Origin: Pseudomonadota bacterium
GTDB lineage: Bacteria > SZUA-182 > DTGQ01
Direction: 5' to 3'
Assembly: GCA_030625085.1 (NCBI GenBank)
Contig: DAOURK010000002.1
Coordinates: 31,871-95,870, forward strand
Length of the DNA: 64,000 bases
The notes under the pieces were generated by a model. That model searched no databases, was not told the origin of the DNA, and saw only the letters and a program-made list of their open reading frames with translations. Made by a program: the position numbers and the translations under genes. Below are positions 1 to 9,748 of this stretch, piece by piece; position 1 is the stretch's first letter; every line of letters begins with the position of its first letter.

Positions 1-340
1 TCACTATTTTAAGGCTTTTCATTTCATTGCTTTCCAGCTTTTCACCCCACCCATGCAGCCAGGATTCAACAATTTCAGGAGACTGAATCGCATGGTGCAT
101 AACGGCCATAATATGAGATTTCCCACGGCCGCGGTCACCTATAAGGACAATGGGACGGCCGCTTCGTTTTACACTGATTGCCTTAAGTGCAGTTTGAACG
201 TCTGCAGTAGGATAGGTTATAGTCAGCATTTGTTCTGGGGCCTTTTGTGCCGCACCCTGCGCATCACTAGTCCGCAAAGAAATTGCTGTGCCGGGCATGT
301 GTGCCCCAAGGAATTCATCTCTTAATTTTAGGCCAAGCAT
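1..340 (-). CDS. N-terminal fragment of a P-loop NTPase; the gene continues beyond the window start and the start codon is at 338-340
   Basis: Reverse-complement translation of 340..2 is open for 113 codons: MLGLKLRDEFLGAHMPGTAISLRTSDAQGAAQKAPEQMLTITYPTADVQTALKAISVKRSGRPIVLIGDRGRGKSHIMAVMHHAIQSPEIVESWLHGWGEKLESNEMKSLKIV. It contains the Walker A motif GDRGRGKSH. The GKSH form with a hydrophobic tail resembles DUF499 (BrxC/PglY-type) ATPases. This ORF is absent from the ORF track because it is truncated at the window edge. Confidence 0.4.
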   Translation of the reverse strand, partial: MLGLKLRDEFLGAHMPGTAISLRTSDAQGAAQKAPEQMLTITYPTADVQTALKAISVKRSGRPIVLIGDRGRGKSHIMAVMHHAIQSPEIVESWLHGWGEKLESNEMKSLKIV

Positions 341-1288
341 GCTTCTATCTCCTAGAAATATTTGTGGTCGATCCGATCCTAATAATTACTTATTTATTCA
401 CTATAAGTCCGGAAAAGCAGGCGATATTTATATTTTTTTTTGTTTAATCCTTCAATATAATTTTCAAGAATAATCCTAGTAATCTCGATTATTAGCATTT
501 AGTAGTGTAACGATTCAAAAGATTTATTTATAAATAATATAATAAATTACAAAAAATTACTACTATTATTTCTTATTATGCTTGACTGTGTATTAAAGTA
601 AAAATATAGAGGCAAGAGTAGAATAGCACCTTAATGATTAATGATGATGGAGGGACTTGGGGGGAGATATCGCCAGACTGATAGCATCCGGGGTATGAAT
701 AGTGTGAGCTTATCTCAATAACCATTTCACCGGAAAAGGATTTAAGATAGGCTTTTTATTTGTGTACGATAAATAGGATTATAATATATAAATTTTTTTC
801 ACTCCCTTAATAAGTCCTCCCGAATCTGCTGGCCACCCTTTGAAAGCTGATAAATTCTTCCCACTCTATCTTCATTATTAAGACAGACAGCAATACCCTG
901 TCTGACAAAATCTCGTAAAATATCACTGGTATTATTTAAGCTAATTTTTTTATTGTAATGTTTGCTTTTTTTTAAGTATTTGGGTTGGTGTCATCAGCCT
1001 GCTTTCAACATAGCCATTGCCTGTCTGCCCCTGGTTATCCAGGCATATAGTCTTAAGATCTACCATCTTTTTTTAGATTGACCCGGGAAATCATTAAAAT
1101 TCAGATTGATTTTAAAAATGAAAAAATAAGCTTATAGGGCCTTTCTGTTTTTGCATCTTCATTAATAAGGCAGTTCCTGAAATGAAATGCTATCTTCACG
1201 ATCTTGTAAAGATATATGACCTAAAAAAAGGATATACAATAAACCGATTTGTGATAAAATATTTTACATATTTCAGGCATCTCCGACT

Positions 1289-1660
1289 ATGAAAAAACTA
1301 AAGTACGTCATACAAAAGCATCATGCATCCCATCTCCATTATGATCTCCGCCTTGAGCTGGATGGAGTTGCAAAATCATGGGCTATACCCAAAGGACCCT
1401 CCCCTGAAGAAGGAGTTAAAAGATTGGCGGTTGAAGTAGAGGATCATTCTGTTGATTATATGGATTTTGAGGGAGAAATTAAAGAGGGTTATGGAGCAGG
1501 CAAGGTTGAGATATGGGATAATGGCTATTGGGAGCCTGAGAGTGTGAAGGAAAAAAAGATTGTTGCAATTATCCACGGGAACAAGCTTAAAGGAAAATTT
1601 ACCTTGTTGAATTTTAAAGAAAAAAACTGGTTGTTTTTTAAGGCGAAAGATGAAAAGTAA
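1289..1660 (+). CDS. Stand-alone LigD 3'-phosphoesterase (PE) domain-like protein
   Basis: The motifs HYDLRLE...SWAIPKGPS...VEDHSVDY.DFEG.I..GYGAGKVEIWDNGYWEP match the conserved core of the DNA ligase D phosphoesterase domain. No ligase, polymerase or Ku gene is adjacent. Confidence 0.55.
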   Translation: MKKLKYVIQKHHASHLHYDLRLELDGVAKSWAIPKGPSPEEGVKRLAVEVEDHSVDYMDFEGEIKEGYGAGKVEIWDNGYWEPESVKEKKIVAIIHGNKLKGKFTLLNFKEKNWLFFKAKDEK

Positions 1661-1825
1661 ATTTATATTAATCCATCCCTTTACTAATACTCTCTTTTAA
1701 AAATTCTCATTTATTTTGAAACAATATTTTTTAGGGCACATCCCTGCGCTCAACAGCAGTAACATTTTAGCATAAAATTCACGTTGCAGCCTATTTTTAT
1801 GGAATGATGATAATGGAAAGCTTAT

Positions 1826-2605
1826 TCAGCGGCTCTGTCTTAAAAGGGACGGAAGAATAGAATGTTCTTTAATTATATCTAATTCAAATAAACCTGATAA
1901 TCCCTCTTCCTTAATTATTTCCCTGAGAGAAAGAGGCAATGCGGAAATTATTGAGGGGTTTGTTCTTACATGGAATAAAGCCTTTATTAAAATTTTATCA
2001 AAGACATTATTGAAGGTTTTGGAGAATCTCCTTCCATTGAAAATTATCATTTCTTTATATTGTATTTTTTCTTTGGAAGCTAATTTTAAAATGGGGAAGT
2101 CTCTTTTTTGAAAAATATAATCCACTCCTTCAACCAGCGGCTCCTTTCCTTCAGTATCATTCTCCGTTGTAATTATCATTTTGGGCATTTCAATAAAACA
2201 ACTCAATTTACCCAAATTATGAATCACATACGTTGCTGTTAAAGTGTCGGATTCCATTTGCCATTCATTAGGATCTGAAGTGATTTGAATATTTAATTTG
2301 AGTTTGCTAAAAACATTTAAGATATCAGATACCATTTGAACCTTTTTTTCAATTACGTCTAATTTTTTTTTCATCCCTTCTGTCTTTTTTATTTCTTGTA
2401 TCTTTTCAATTTGTTGAATCCTGTTAATCTCTTTAACACGAGTCTCATTGGCCTTAATCTCAGCTTCTAAATGAGTAAATTTTGAGTTAAGATCTGTCAA
2501 TTTAATATTCAATTTAAACTGAAAGATTATGATTACTGTAAATACCAGTGTTAAAAATATTGAAACGCTTATTATAATTGAATTTGATTTGAGAAAATTT
2601 TTCAT
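1826..2605 (-). CDS. Hypothetical membrane-anchored coiled-coil protein
   Basis: It has an N-terminal transmembrane helix (IIISVSIFLTLVFTVIIIF), a Lys/Glu/Ile-rich heptad-like segment, and a C-terminal globular region with no recognisable family. Confidence 0.45.
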   Translation of the reverse strand: MKNFLKSNSIIISVSIFLTLVFTVIIIFQFKLNIKLTDLNSKFTHLEAEIKANETRVKEINRIQQIEKIQEIKKTEGMKKKLDVIEKKVQMVSDILNVFSKLKLNIQITSDPNEWQMESDTLTATYVIHNLGKLSCFIEMPKMIITTENDTEGKEPLVEGVDYIFQKRDFPILKLASKEKIQYKEMIIFNGRRFSKTFNNVFDKILIKALFHVRTNPSIISALPLSLREIIKEEGLSGLFELDIIKEHSILPSLLRQSR

Positions 2606-2919
2606 CTTAATTTTTCCGCGATCAAAGAATGTATTAATAATAAAAAAATTCTTTATGATCAGGATATGTGAATCTTAATATTGTAGCCTTGTCTGGAATC
2701 CTAACAATATTATCGTATCGGATAGTGAAAAAATTCAACTAAGATGAAAAAAAATCTCCCCTCTATTCATTGACTTGAAGACGGTATATTGCTTACCCTA
2801 CCCAAGAAGTCTCTCCAGTCTTCTTATACAGGGCATTGAATTCTGTGTCTAGATTTTGTAAAATAGCAGCCATCAAAGAGGTGTTTGAGTTATAAATTTA
2901 CATTAAAAAGGAGCGGAAT

Positions 2920-3357
2920 ATGGAGTTAATTAAAAGATACCTTCAAAGAACCCTTACACTTGTGGTTATTTTCTTGGCCCTCAAAATAGCGGCCTGCGGC
3001 ACGCTACTTTATCCTGAAAGACATGGCCAGGCATCTGGCCGTATTGATCCGGCAATTGCCATTCTCAATGGTGTGGGCATTATTCTGTTTGTCATACCTG
3101 GCTTGGTCGCCTTTGCGGTTGATTTTGCAACTGGGGCAATTTATCTACCTTCGAGTAAAAATAAACAGGGTAGTTCTGAAAAAAATCAAATGTTGGTTGT
3201 CCGGGTCAACCCGGATGAATTGACCAACCAAAGAATTGAAGCAATCCTCAATAAGTACACCGGACATACTGTTCGTCTCGATCAGGAAAAATTGCGGGTC
3301 TATCAATTAAATGGTCCCGAAAGTATCCCTGTGGACCGAATATATGGGGCTTATTAG
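2920..3357 (+). CDS. Small lipoprotein, possibly YceK/DUF1375-like
   Basis: The signal peptide has a lipobox (LKIAAC-G). The YPE...D.AIAILNGVGIILFVIPGLVAFAVDFATGAIYLP segment is reminiscent of YceK-family lipoproteins. Confidence 0.45.
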   Translation: MELIKRYLQRTLTLVVIFLALKIAACGTLLYPERHGQASGRIDPAIAILNGVGIILFVIPGLVAFAVDFATGAIYLPSSKNKQGSSEKNQMLVVRVNPDELTNQRIEAILNKYTGHTVRLDQEKLRVYQLNGPESIPVDRIYGAY

Positions 3358-3551
3358 GGGACATCTCAAAGGAATTTACGTAATCTGAGATTGAGAAAGT
3401 CGTAAAAAGTCAATTCGGCAAAATTTGGGTTAAATAGATTCAACAAATTGTATTCTATATAGATCCCCATTGAGGACTTTTTGCGAAACCATCAAAATTC
3501 AATTGGGTCGAGAAACTGTTTTTCCCCGGTGCGGTCTATTGGTAAAGTCAA

Positions 3552-4163
3552 TTAAGATTGAAAGCCAAGAAAAACCCAATATACTGTCATCATATACTTG
3601 GAGGGTCCAATCTTTTCAACACTTCCGTACTCAGAGAATGATCTTTTTTCAATTTCTACTTCAGCCCCGTCATAGGATATCTCCAGCCCGAATCCCATCT
3701 TTTTCTTTCGTAAAAGTTCAACCCCAAAAGCACCGAAAAACCCCATATTTGATCTCTTTACATAATCCCCACTGGTTATGTGGTAACTTACTCCTGTTCG
3801 GATATATGATGATACATTGCCTTGAGGAACAAAGGTATAACGCAACTCCAATCTGGCTGGGATATCAATAAAATCTGCATCCCCTAAAATAATCATGAAA
3901 GGGCCGAAACCTGATCCGATCCCGCAGCCATTATCAAATTGAATATAGGGAGAAAAAGACAAACCCAAAGGAAATGAATCTTCTGAGACTGGGGAAAGCC
4001 CCTCTGCACGCAGGTTTTCTTTATAGGTGTTTACAATTTTTTCATAACCGCTTCTATTGGTAAATCCAAAAGGAAATCGAAAATGTGCAGCCCTCGCTCC
4101 ATGAGTACAAAACATTATCATCATGAGCACTAAAAAACAAAAAAAATACTTTCTTTCTCGCAT
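3552..4163 (-). CDS. Secreted protein, possible small outer-membrane beta-barrel
   Basis: A signal peptide ends in ARA. Alternating hydrophobic, Gly- and aromatic-rich strands (FGFTNRSGY, GFGLEISYDG) are present. The family is not identified. Confidence 0.45.
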   Translation of the reverse strand: MRERKYFFCFLVLMMIMFCTHGARAAHFRFPFGFTNRSGYEKIVNTYKENLRAEGLSPVSEDSFPLGLSFSPYIQFDNGCGIGSGFGPFMIILGDADFIDIPARLELRYTFVPQGNVSSYIRTGVSYHITSGDYVKRSNMGFFGAFGVELLRKKKMGFGLEISYDGAEVEIEKRSFSEYGSVEKIGPSKYMMTVYWVFLGFQS

Positions 4164-4323
4164 GATCTCACCTCAACCTATCTTCCCCGCTCTCGTAGTA
4201 AAACTACATACTTTTTAAAGCATTTTCTTATAACGCATAATACTAAATGCCGGCTATTTTTCTCATAATGCATTATTTATTCCCGATATTTATCATTTTG
4301 GCAATGGTTCAACAGTGGTTCAC

Positions 4324-4463
4324 TAGGAGGCTGTCTAAAAATGGCCTTTTATGTCATTTCGACCAAAGGAAAAAATCTAAAAGTTTCCCCTTTTCAATAA
4401 GATAAGATTTCTCGTTCCGCTCGAAATGACAAGGTTAATGAATTGTCGGACAGCCTCCTAGAC
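4324..4463. repeat. Family-A MITE-like palindromic element, full-length copy
   Basis: Terminal inverted repeats CTAGGAGGCTGTC (4324-) and GACAGCCTCCTAG (-4461). Internal inverted motifs TGTCATTTCGACC and CTCGAAATGACAA. The internal part is about 90% identical to 61948-62115. Confidence 0.6.
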
Positions 4464-5181
4464 AGGAAACATAATAAAACTATACCGGCAACATATTTAC
4501 TATTCAGGAAAAAATGAGGCGATACTATCATAAATTTTATTGCCTTTAGGGAAGGGATAACTATAAGGAGCTTAAATTAATGGCATTGAAATTTAACATA
4601 TTGGGACATCATAACTATATGTTTTTACTGAGTGATATTTACCAATCCGACTTCTTACGAATTTATCATATGTAAAGCTATAGATTTTTACCCTCTAAGC
4701 TAATAAATTAATACCGTAATGAATTGACTCTGGTAAACGTATATTTATGGTACCTTATAATAATTTTATGCCCATCAGTTTTTACACAAAATAATTAACC
4801 CAAATACCTATTTCACAATTTTTGTTTTTTTGTTTGTTAATGTGTATCTTCTTTTTATTAATAAATTAAGGGTGGGTTGTTCTCCGCTAATCCCTGCAAA
4901 AAAATTTTCCATTCAAGATTTGCCTCATAAAAACTAATGCCGGGAAAAAATATACGAAAAAGAAAGGTGGTGGTTAAAGAGTAAATAAATTGACCCAGTA
5001 AACGGCTCTTTTATTTTATCCCTACAACGCCATTTATTTTTTCAATCATTGAGGTGATTGGGTTTACCTTATTTTGATAAATTTTGTTATTTATTTAATA
5101 CCGAGGATTCACGAAACAAGTGTCGTTGTAAGGTTATATAACCCCAGTAGTTTAATTTTATTTATAGAGAGGTTTCATTGA

Positions 5182-5613
5182 ATGAAGAATAAAAAGCCAT
5201 TAGGTGTTGTGTTGATTTTTGCTTTTGTTGCTGTACTATTTGTTTCTACTGATATTTATGCTCAATATTATATACCCACATTAGATATTTCATCACCCTC
5301 TAGTTTTGTATCATCACTGCCTGGTTCATCTCCATGGCTAGTCGGCCCACTTGCTAATAGCTCTATATTTGCCCCCCAGGCAATATTATGGGGATATTCT
5401 TATGTCCCCACTTCTCCCTGGTATAGGGAAGCGGCAGGAGGTCTCAATGGTCTATTTTTACCCACATTAGATATTTCTTCACCCTCTAGTTTTGTATCAT
5501 CACTGCCTGGTTCATCTCCATGGCTAGTCGGCCCACTTGCTAATAGCTCTATATTTGCCCCCCAAGCAATATTATGGGGGTATTCTTACGTCCCCACTTC
5601 TCCCTGGTATTAG
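5182..5613 (+). CDS. Secreted Ser/Pro/aromatic-rich protein built from two copies of a 62-aa module
   Basis: It has a signal peptide. The module PTLDISSPSSFVSSLPGSSPWLVGPLANSSIFAPQAILWGYSYVPTSPWY occurs twice. Confidence 0.55.
   Translation: MKNKKPLGVVLIFAFVAVLFVSTDIYAQYYIPTLDISSPSSFVSSLPGSSPWLVGPLANSSIFAPQAILWGYSYVPTSPWYREAAGGLNGLFLPTLDISSPSSFVSSLPGSSPWLVGPLANSSIFAPQAILWGYSYVPTSPWY
5275..5610 (+). repeat. Direct tandem duplication, period 186 bp, about 1.8 copies, over 97% identical
   Basis: The unit starts at 5275 and again at 5461 (CCCACATTAGATATTTC...). Only three substitutions are visible between the copies. Confidence 0.8.
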
Positions 5614-5812
5614 TTTTTGACTTAAATTACATTTACTCTTTCGGACTCCTCAACTTCAACAAGCCTCTTTTTAGCAGTTCAGAGGGATGAAAACAATGAG
5701 GCTCTCATCATGCAATGTCGGTGGGTGGTTTTTAAAAAAAACCACCCACTAATTTTTTTATCGCCTATAGATTTTTAAAAAAATAATTATATAATCGATA
5801 TTTAATCAAAAG

Positions 5813-5862
5813 TAGCGCAGGGCTTCAGCCCTGCCAACCTGCAGGGCTGAAGCCCTGCGCTA
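5813..5862. repeat. GC-rich perfect hairpin element (family H): 22-bp stem, 6-nt loop
   Basis: TAGCGCAGGGCTTCAGCCCTGC - CAACCT - GCAGGGCTGAAGCCCTGCGCTA. Related copies lie at 9626-9682 and 49355-49426. Confidence 0.7.
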
Positions 5863-5971
5863 CAGTATAAAATTTAATATCTAAAAATCTATTCCTCTCA
5901 GTCTTAAAAAAACCTGTCCCCCCTATATAATCAATATTTGGGAGGATTTTGGCGGGGCAATAATTTAATTT

Positions 5972-8143
5972 TTGAAAATCCATAGACATTATAATGAGTT
6001 AAAAGTATATAATAAGAGCATGTTGAGGAAAAAAATACTCTTTTCCCTGATTATCATCTGCATCTCTTCGGTGGCAACCCAATTAGTGCTCATTCGAGAG
6101 GCCATTTCCACTTTCGGCGGCAATGAATTGGTAATTGGAATTGTGCTGGGCATGTGGCTCCTTTTCATGGCTTCCGGGGCTTACTTGGGAACCCTTACCA
6201 CCAAAGGAGGAAAATGCCGACAAATATTATTTTTTGGCCATCTGCTCCTTGCCTTCCTCCCCTTTATACAGGTAGCCGGTTTTAGGGCCTTACCCCTCCT
6301 GTGGGTGCGGGGAGAATTACTGGGAATAGGCTCGGTTATCATCGGGAGCAGTCTCATGTTATTCCCTTATGGTCTCATCGCCGGGGCAATGATACCTCTC
6401 ATTGCCCGCCTCATGTCAACCAAAGATACCCCGGCCATGGTTTACATCATTGATTTAAGTGGAGATATCCTGGGGGGACTTCTTTTCAGTTTTGTTTTTG
6501 TGTATGCTTTTTCCCACTGGGAAACCCTGATAGTCATTGGTCTGGCTAACCTTCTGGCTGCCCTTATTCTCTGTTTCCCCAAGTTATGGTTTATACCTCT
6601 TACCCTGGCCTTAGCCATGGTGTTCATATCTCCCCTTAACCTGTCCACTCTTTCCTGGCGAACCCCAGGCCAAAAGATCCTCCTTCAAAGAAATACCCCC
6701 TTTTCTCAGTTGACCATAACCCAAAGCGGTCAACAACTCAATGTTCTCTCTGACGGCCTGCCTCTTTTTTCAACCAACGATTATGGGGTTGAGGCCATCG
6801 CCCATATTCCCCTGTCTCAAGTGCAGCAAAACGCCAAGGTGCTGCTAATCAGCGGCGGTGTGTTCGGCACTCTTCGTGAGATGCTCAAGCATAATCCCAG
6901 TCGGGTAGATTATGTGGAACTTGATCCGGCCATCCTGGAAATGGACAGCAAAATCTACAGGGTTTTACATTCACCTATTATCCACACTCATGTGGGGGAT
7001 GGGAGAATGTTTGTCAAAAGGGCAAAAAACCAAGGGCTCAGATATGACTGCCTTATTGTTGACCTTCCGGACCCCGGGAACATTCAATTGAATCGCTTTT
7101 ATACTCTGGAATTTTTCCGCGAAACTGAAAGTATCTTGGGCCCTGAGGGGGTTTTGTTCTTCACTCTGGCAGGAGCGGATAATTACTTAGAGGCCGAAGG
7201 ATTAGCCTTAAACCGATCAGTGTATGCTGCTTTAAAAAAAGTATTCCCTCATATTATTCTTTTCCCCGGGGAAATACATTACTTTCTAGCCTCAAAAAAA
7301 CTGCTGAATGAAGAGAACATAGGTAAAGAACTGACTAAAAGAAAAATTTCTACCCAATGGCTGGTAGATTATCAATTACCGGGAATTACCAATCCCCTTC
7401 GCATGGACCAGCTTAAGCGGCTGGTAGGAGAAAAAGATTATTCCCCCAATGCCGACCTTTCTCCACGTGCTTTTCAACACCTATTACAGTTATGGTTGAA
7501 AAAATCCGGAAGCATGAAGTGGTTGGTTCCCCTGGTCCTTTTTCTCATCGCCCTTTTTGCAGGTCTGGCTTTTCAATGGGATAGTATGCGCCTGGTCACC
7601 CTCACTTCGGGGTATGCCGGGATTTCCCTGGAACTTTGCCTGATTATTCTCTTTCAAATTCTTTTTGGTTATGTATACTTGTGGATCTCTTTATTTGTTA
7701 CCCTGTTTATGATGGGATCTTTGGCCGGCGCATTCAGCGCACGAAAATGGAGAGGGAAACCATGGAGGCAAATTCGTTTTCATGATTTTGCACTCATCCT
7801 TTTAGCCGGTCTGGTATTTATCGTAGCGGTCTTCAGCAAACAATCTCAAAGCATCATTACCTTATCAGTGATTCGCTATGGCATTATCCCCCTTCTTACC
7901 TTCTGCTCAGCTATGGCTGTGGGCTGGCAATTTGTGGCCGTCTCTCATCAATTAAAAGGCACCGCAGCTAAAATTACCGGGCGGCTTTATCTGGCGGACC
8001 TGGCCGGGGCCTCCTGTGGCACCATGTTTACCAGCCTGCTTTTACTTCCCAAATTCGGCATCCAGGGAGTACTGATTTCCATCGTTCTGGTAAAATTAAT
8101 CAGCATTGTTTTTTCTTATTCGACCTCTTCTTTTACCTCTTAG
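5972..8143 (+). CDS. Polytopic membrane protein with an embedded spermidine-synthase-like (aminopropyltransferase-fold) domain
   Basis: About 7 transmembrane helices at the N-terminus. The middle region (LLISGGVFGTLREM...VDYVELDP...GDGRMFV...YDCLIVDLPDPGN...FYTLEFF) is SpeE-like. About 6 more transmembrane helices follow at the C-terminus. Confidence 0.7.
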   Translation: MKIHRHYNELKVYNKSMLRKKILFSLIIICISSVATQLVLIREAISTFGGNELVIGIVLGMWLLFMASGAYLGTLTTKGGKCRQILFFGHLLLAFLPFIQVAGFRALPLLWVRGELLGIGSVIIGSSLMLFPYGLIAGAMIPLIARLMSTKDTPAMVYIIDLSGDILGGLLFSFVFVYAFSHWETLIVIGLANLLAALILCFPKLWFIPLTLALAMVFISPLNLSTLSWRTPGQKILLQRNTPFSQLTITQSGQQLNVLSDGLPLFSTNDYGVEAIAHIPLSQVQQNAKVLLISGGVFGTLREMLKHNPSRVDYVELDPAILEMDSKIYRVLHSPIIHTHVGDGRMFVKRAKNQGLRYDCLIVDLPDPGNIQLNRFYTLEFFRETESILGPEGVLFFTLAGADNYLEAEGLALNRSVYAALKKVFPHIILFPGEIHYFLASKKLLNEENIGKELTKRKISTQWLVDYQLPGITNPLRMDQLKRLVGEKDYSPNADLSPRAFQHLLQLWLKKSGSMKWLVPLVLFLIALFAGLAFQWDSMRLVTLTSGYAGISLELCLIILFQILFGYVYLWISLFVTLFMMGSLAGAFSARKWRGKPWRQIRFHDFALILLAGLVFIVAVFSKQSQSIITLSVIRYGIIPLLTFCSAMAVGWQFVAVSHQLKGTAAKITGRLYLADLAGASCGTMFTSLLLLPKFGIQGVLISIVLVKLISIVFSYSTSSFTS

Positions 8144-8209
8144 ATTATGGTAAAATATTTTTATTGATTTAATAAGCCTTTTTCCTAAATCCTTCACCAG
8201 GCTGATAAA

Positions 8210-9382
8210 ATGAAAAATGAGAGCCAAAACTCAATGTGTGGAGGGAACACTATGGGTCAAACTACCAGACGAGAATTTCTCAAAGGAAGCTTATGCGCCC
8301 TCTGTGAGGCGGGCATTCTCGTTTCTCCATTAAGCCTGGCCTTTGCCGGCCAAAAGTTTAATCCCTCAGATCCCCATGTTAAAGAAGCCTACTTTTATGA
8401 AAAATTAAAAAATAAACGGGTTCAATGTAACACCTGTCCCAACCGTTGCGTGGTTGAACCCGGGCAGCGGGGAAAATGTAGGACAAAAATCAATCTTTCC
8501 GGCACACTATATACCATCTCTTATGGTAACCCGTGTACCATCCATGCAGACCCGGTAGAAAAAAAACCACTCCTGCACTTTTATCCGGGAACCAAGGCTT
8601 TTTCCTTGGCTGTGGCAGGTTGCAATTTTTGGTGCCTGAACTGCCAGAACTGGGAAATTTCCCAAACCAGCCCTGATAAAACCCGCAACATAAATCTTCC
8701 CCCGGAGCAGGCAGTTGAATTAGCCGGTAAACATAAGTGCCACAGTATTGCCTACACCTATTCTGAAGCCACCACCTTTTTTGAATATATGGTGGATATC
8801 TCAAGCAAAGCACGAAAAAAAGGTATTAAAAATATTTACGTCAGCAACGGCTATATCAGTCAAGAGGCGCTTGATCGTTTGTGCACAGTAATTGATGCGG
8901 CAAGCATTAATTTAAAAAGTTTTTCCGATAAAATCTATTGGAAACTAAACGGCGGTCATCTGGAACCGGTATTGAATACCTTAAAAACTTTACATCAGCG
9001 AGGTGTCTGGTTGGAGATTATCAATTTGGTGATTCCTACGTATACTGACGATCTTGAGATGATTAAAAAAATGTGCGGCTGGATTGTCAAAAATCTTGGG
9101 CCTGATTATCCCTTACATTTTTCCAGGTTCTCTCCCATGTATAAACTCACCAAACTTCCGCCCACACCAGTTGAGATTCTGCACCAAGCTAAAGATATAG
9201 CGGGAAAAGAAGGCTTACACCATGTATATGTAGGCAATGTACCGGGAATGGGAGATAAGGTGATCTGCCCCGGATGCAAAAAGCCAGTGGTGAAACGACG
9301 GGGATATACCCTGCTGTCTGTTGATATTAAAGAGGGGAAATGCGGATTTTGTAAACAGCCCGTCAGCGGCCGCTGGGAATAG
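8210..9382 (+). CDS. AmmeMemoRadiSam-system radical SAM enzyme with an N-terminal twin-arginine (Tat) signal peptide
   Basis: It has a CNFWCLNC (CxxxCxxC) motif. The whole-length pattern matches the AmmeMemoRadiSam radical SAM family (YFYEKL...CNTCPNRCVV..G.RG.C..R.N..GTLYT..YG.PC..H.DP.EKKPL.HF.PG). The N-terminus reads TTRREFLKGSL...AFAG, a consensus Tat motif followed by a hydrophobic region and an AxA-like cleavage site. Confidence 0.75.
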   Translation: MKNESQNSMCGGNTMGQTTRREFLKGSLCALCEAGILVSPLSLAFAGQKFNPSDPHVKEAYFYEKLKNKRVQCNTCPNRCVVEPGQRGKCRTKINLSGTLYTISYGNPCTIHADPVEKKPLLHFYPGTKAFSLAVAGCNFWCLNCQNWEISQTSPDKTRNINLPPEQAVELAGKHKCHSIAYTYSEATTFFEYMVDISSKARKKGIKNIYVSNGYISQEALDRLCTVIDAASINLKSFSDKIYWKLNGGHLEPVLNTLKTLHQRGVWLEIINLVIPTYTDDLEMIKKMCGWIVKNLGPDYPLHFSRFSPMYKLTKLPPTPVEILHQAKDIAGKEGLHHVYVGNVPGMGDKVICPGCKKPVVKRRGYTLLSVDIKEGKCGFCKQPVSGRWE

Positions 9383-9625
9383 CCACAAAGGATGAGCTAC
9401 CACGCCGCAAGCGGGGTATCATATTAAAGGAAGTTCTCATTTTCTATGGCCGCAAGCGGCGGGGAATAGAACCCTAAGTGGTTTAAATCAGACCGGATTT
9501 ACAGAATTTAACAGGATAATAAAATTTTATACGATTAATAAATGCGAGGCACATTCTAAAAAAGGAGAATTCTAAACGATTCAATTAACAAACTTATAGG
9601 TTTTCAGATATTAAATTTTACCCTG

Positions 9626-9682
9626 TAGTACAGGGTTTTAGCCCTGCCAAAACATAAAATGCAGGGCTAAAACCCTGCGCTA
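9626..9682. repeat. Family-H hairpin element: 22-bp stem with 2 mismatches, 13-nt loop
   Basis: TAGTACAGGGTTTTAGCCCTGC ... GCAGGGCTAAAACCCTGCGCTA. Confidence 0.6.
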
Positions 9683-9748
9683 CCTCTGTCTAAATATGAA
9701 TGGTGAAATTATTTTTCTAAAAATCTATAAAATAAGGGGGACTGAGAG

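Noticed and set aside
53-473. Plus-strand ORFs 53..325 and 288..473
   Set aside because: They are overlapped by a longer minus-strand open frame (340 to the window edge) that carries a Walker A motif. The plus-strand products are compositionally odd and have no RBS.
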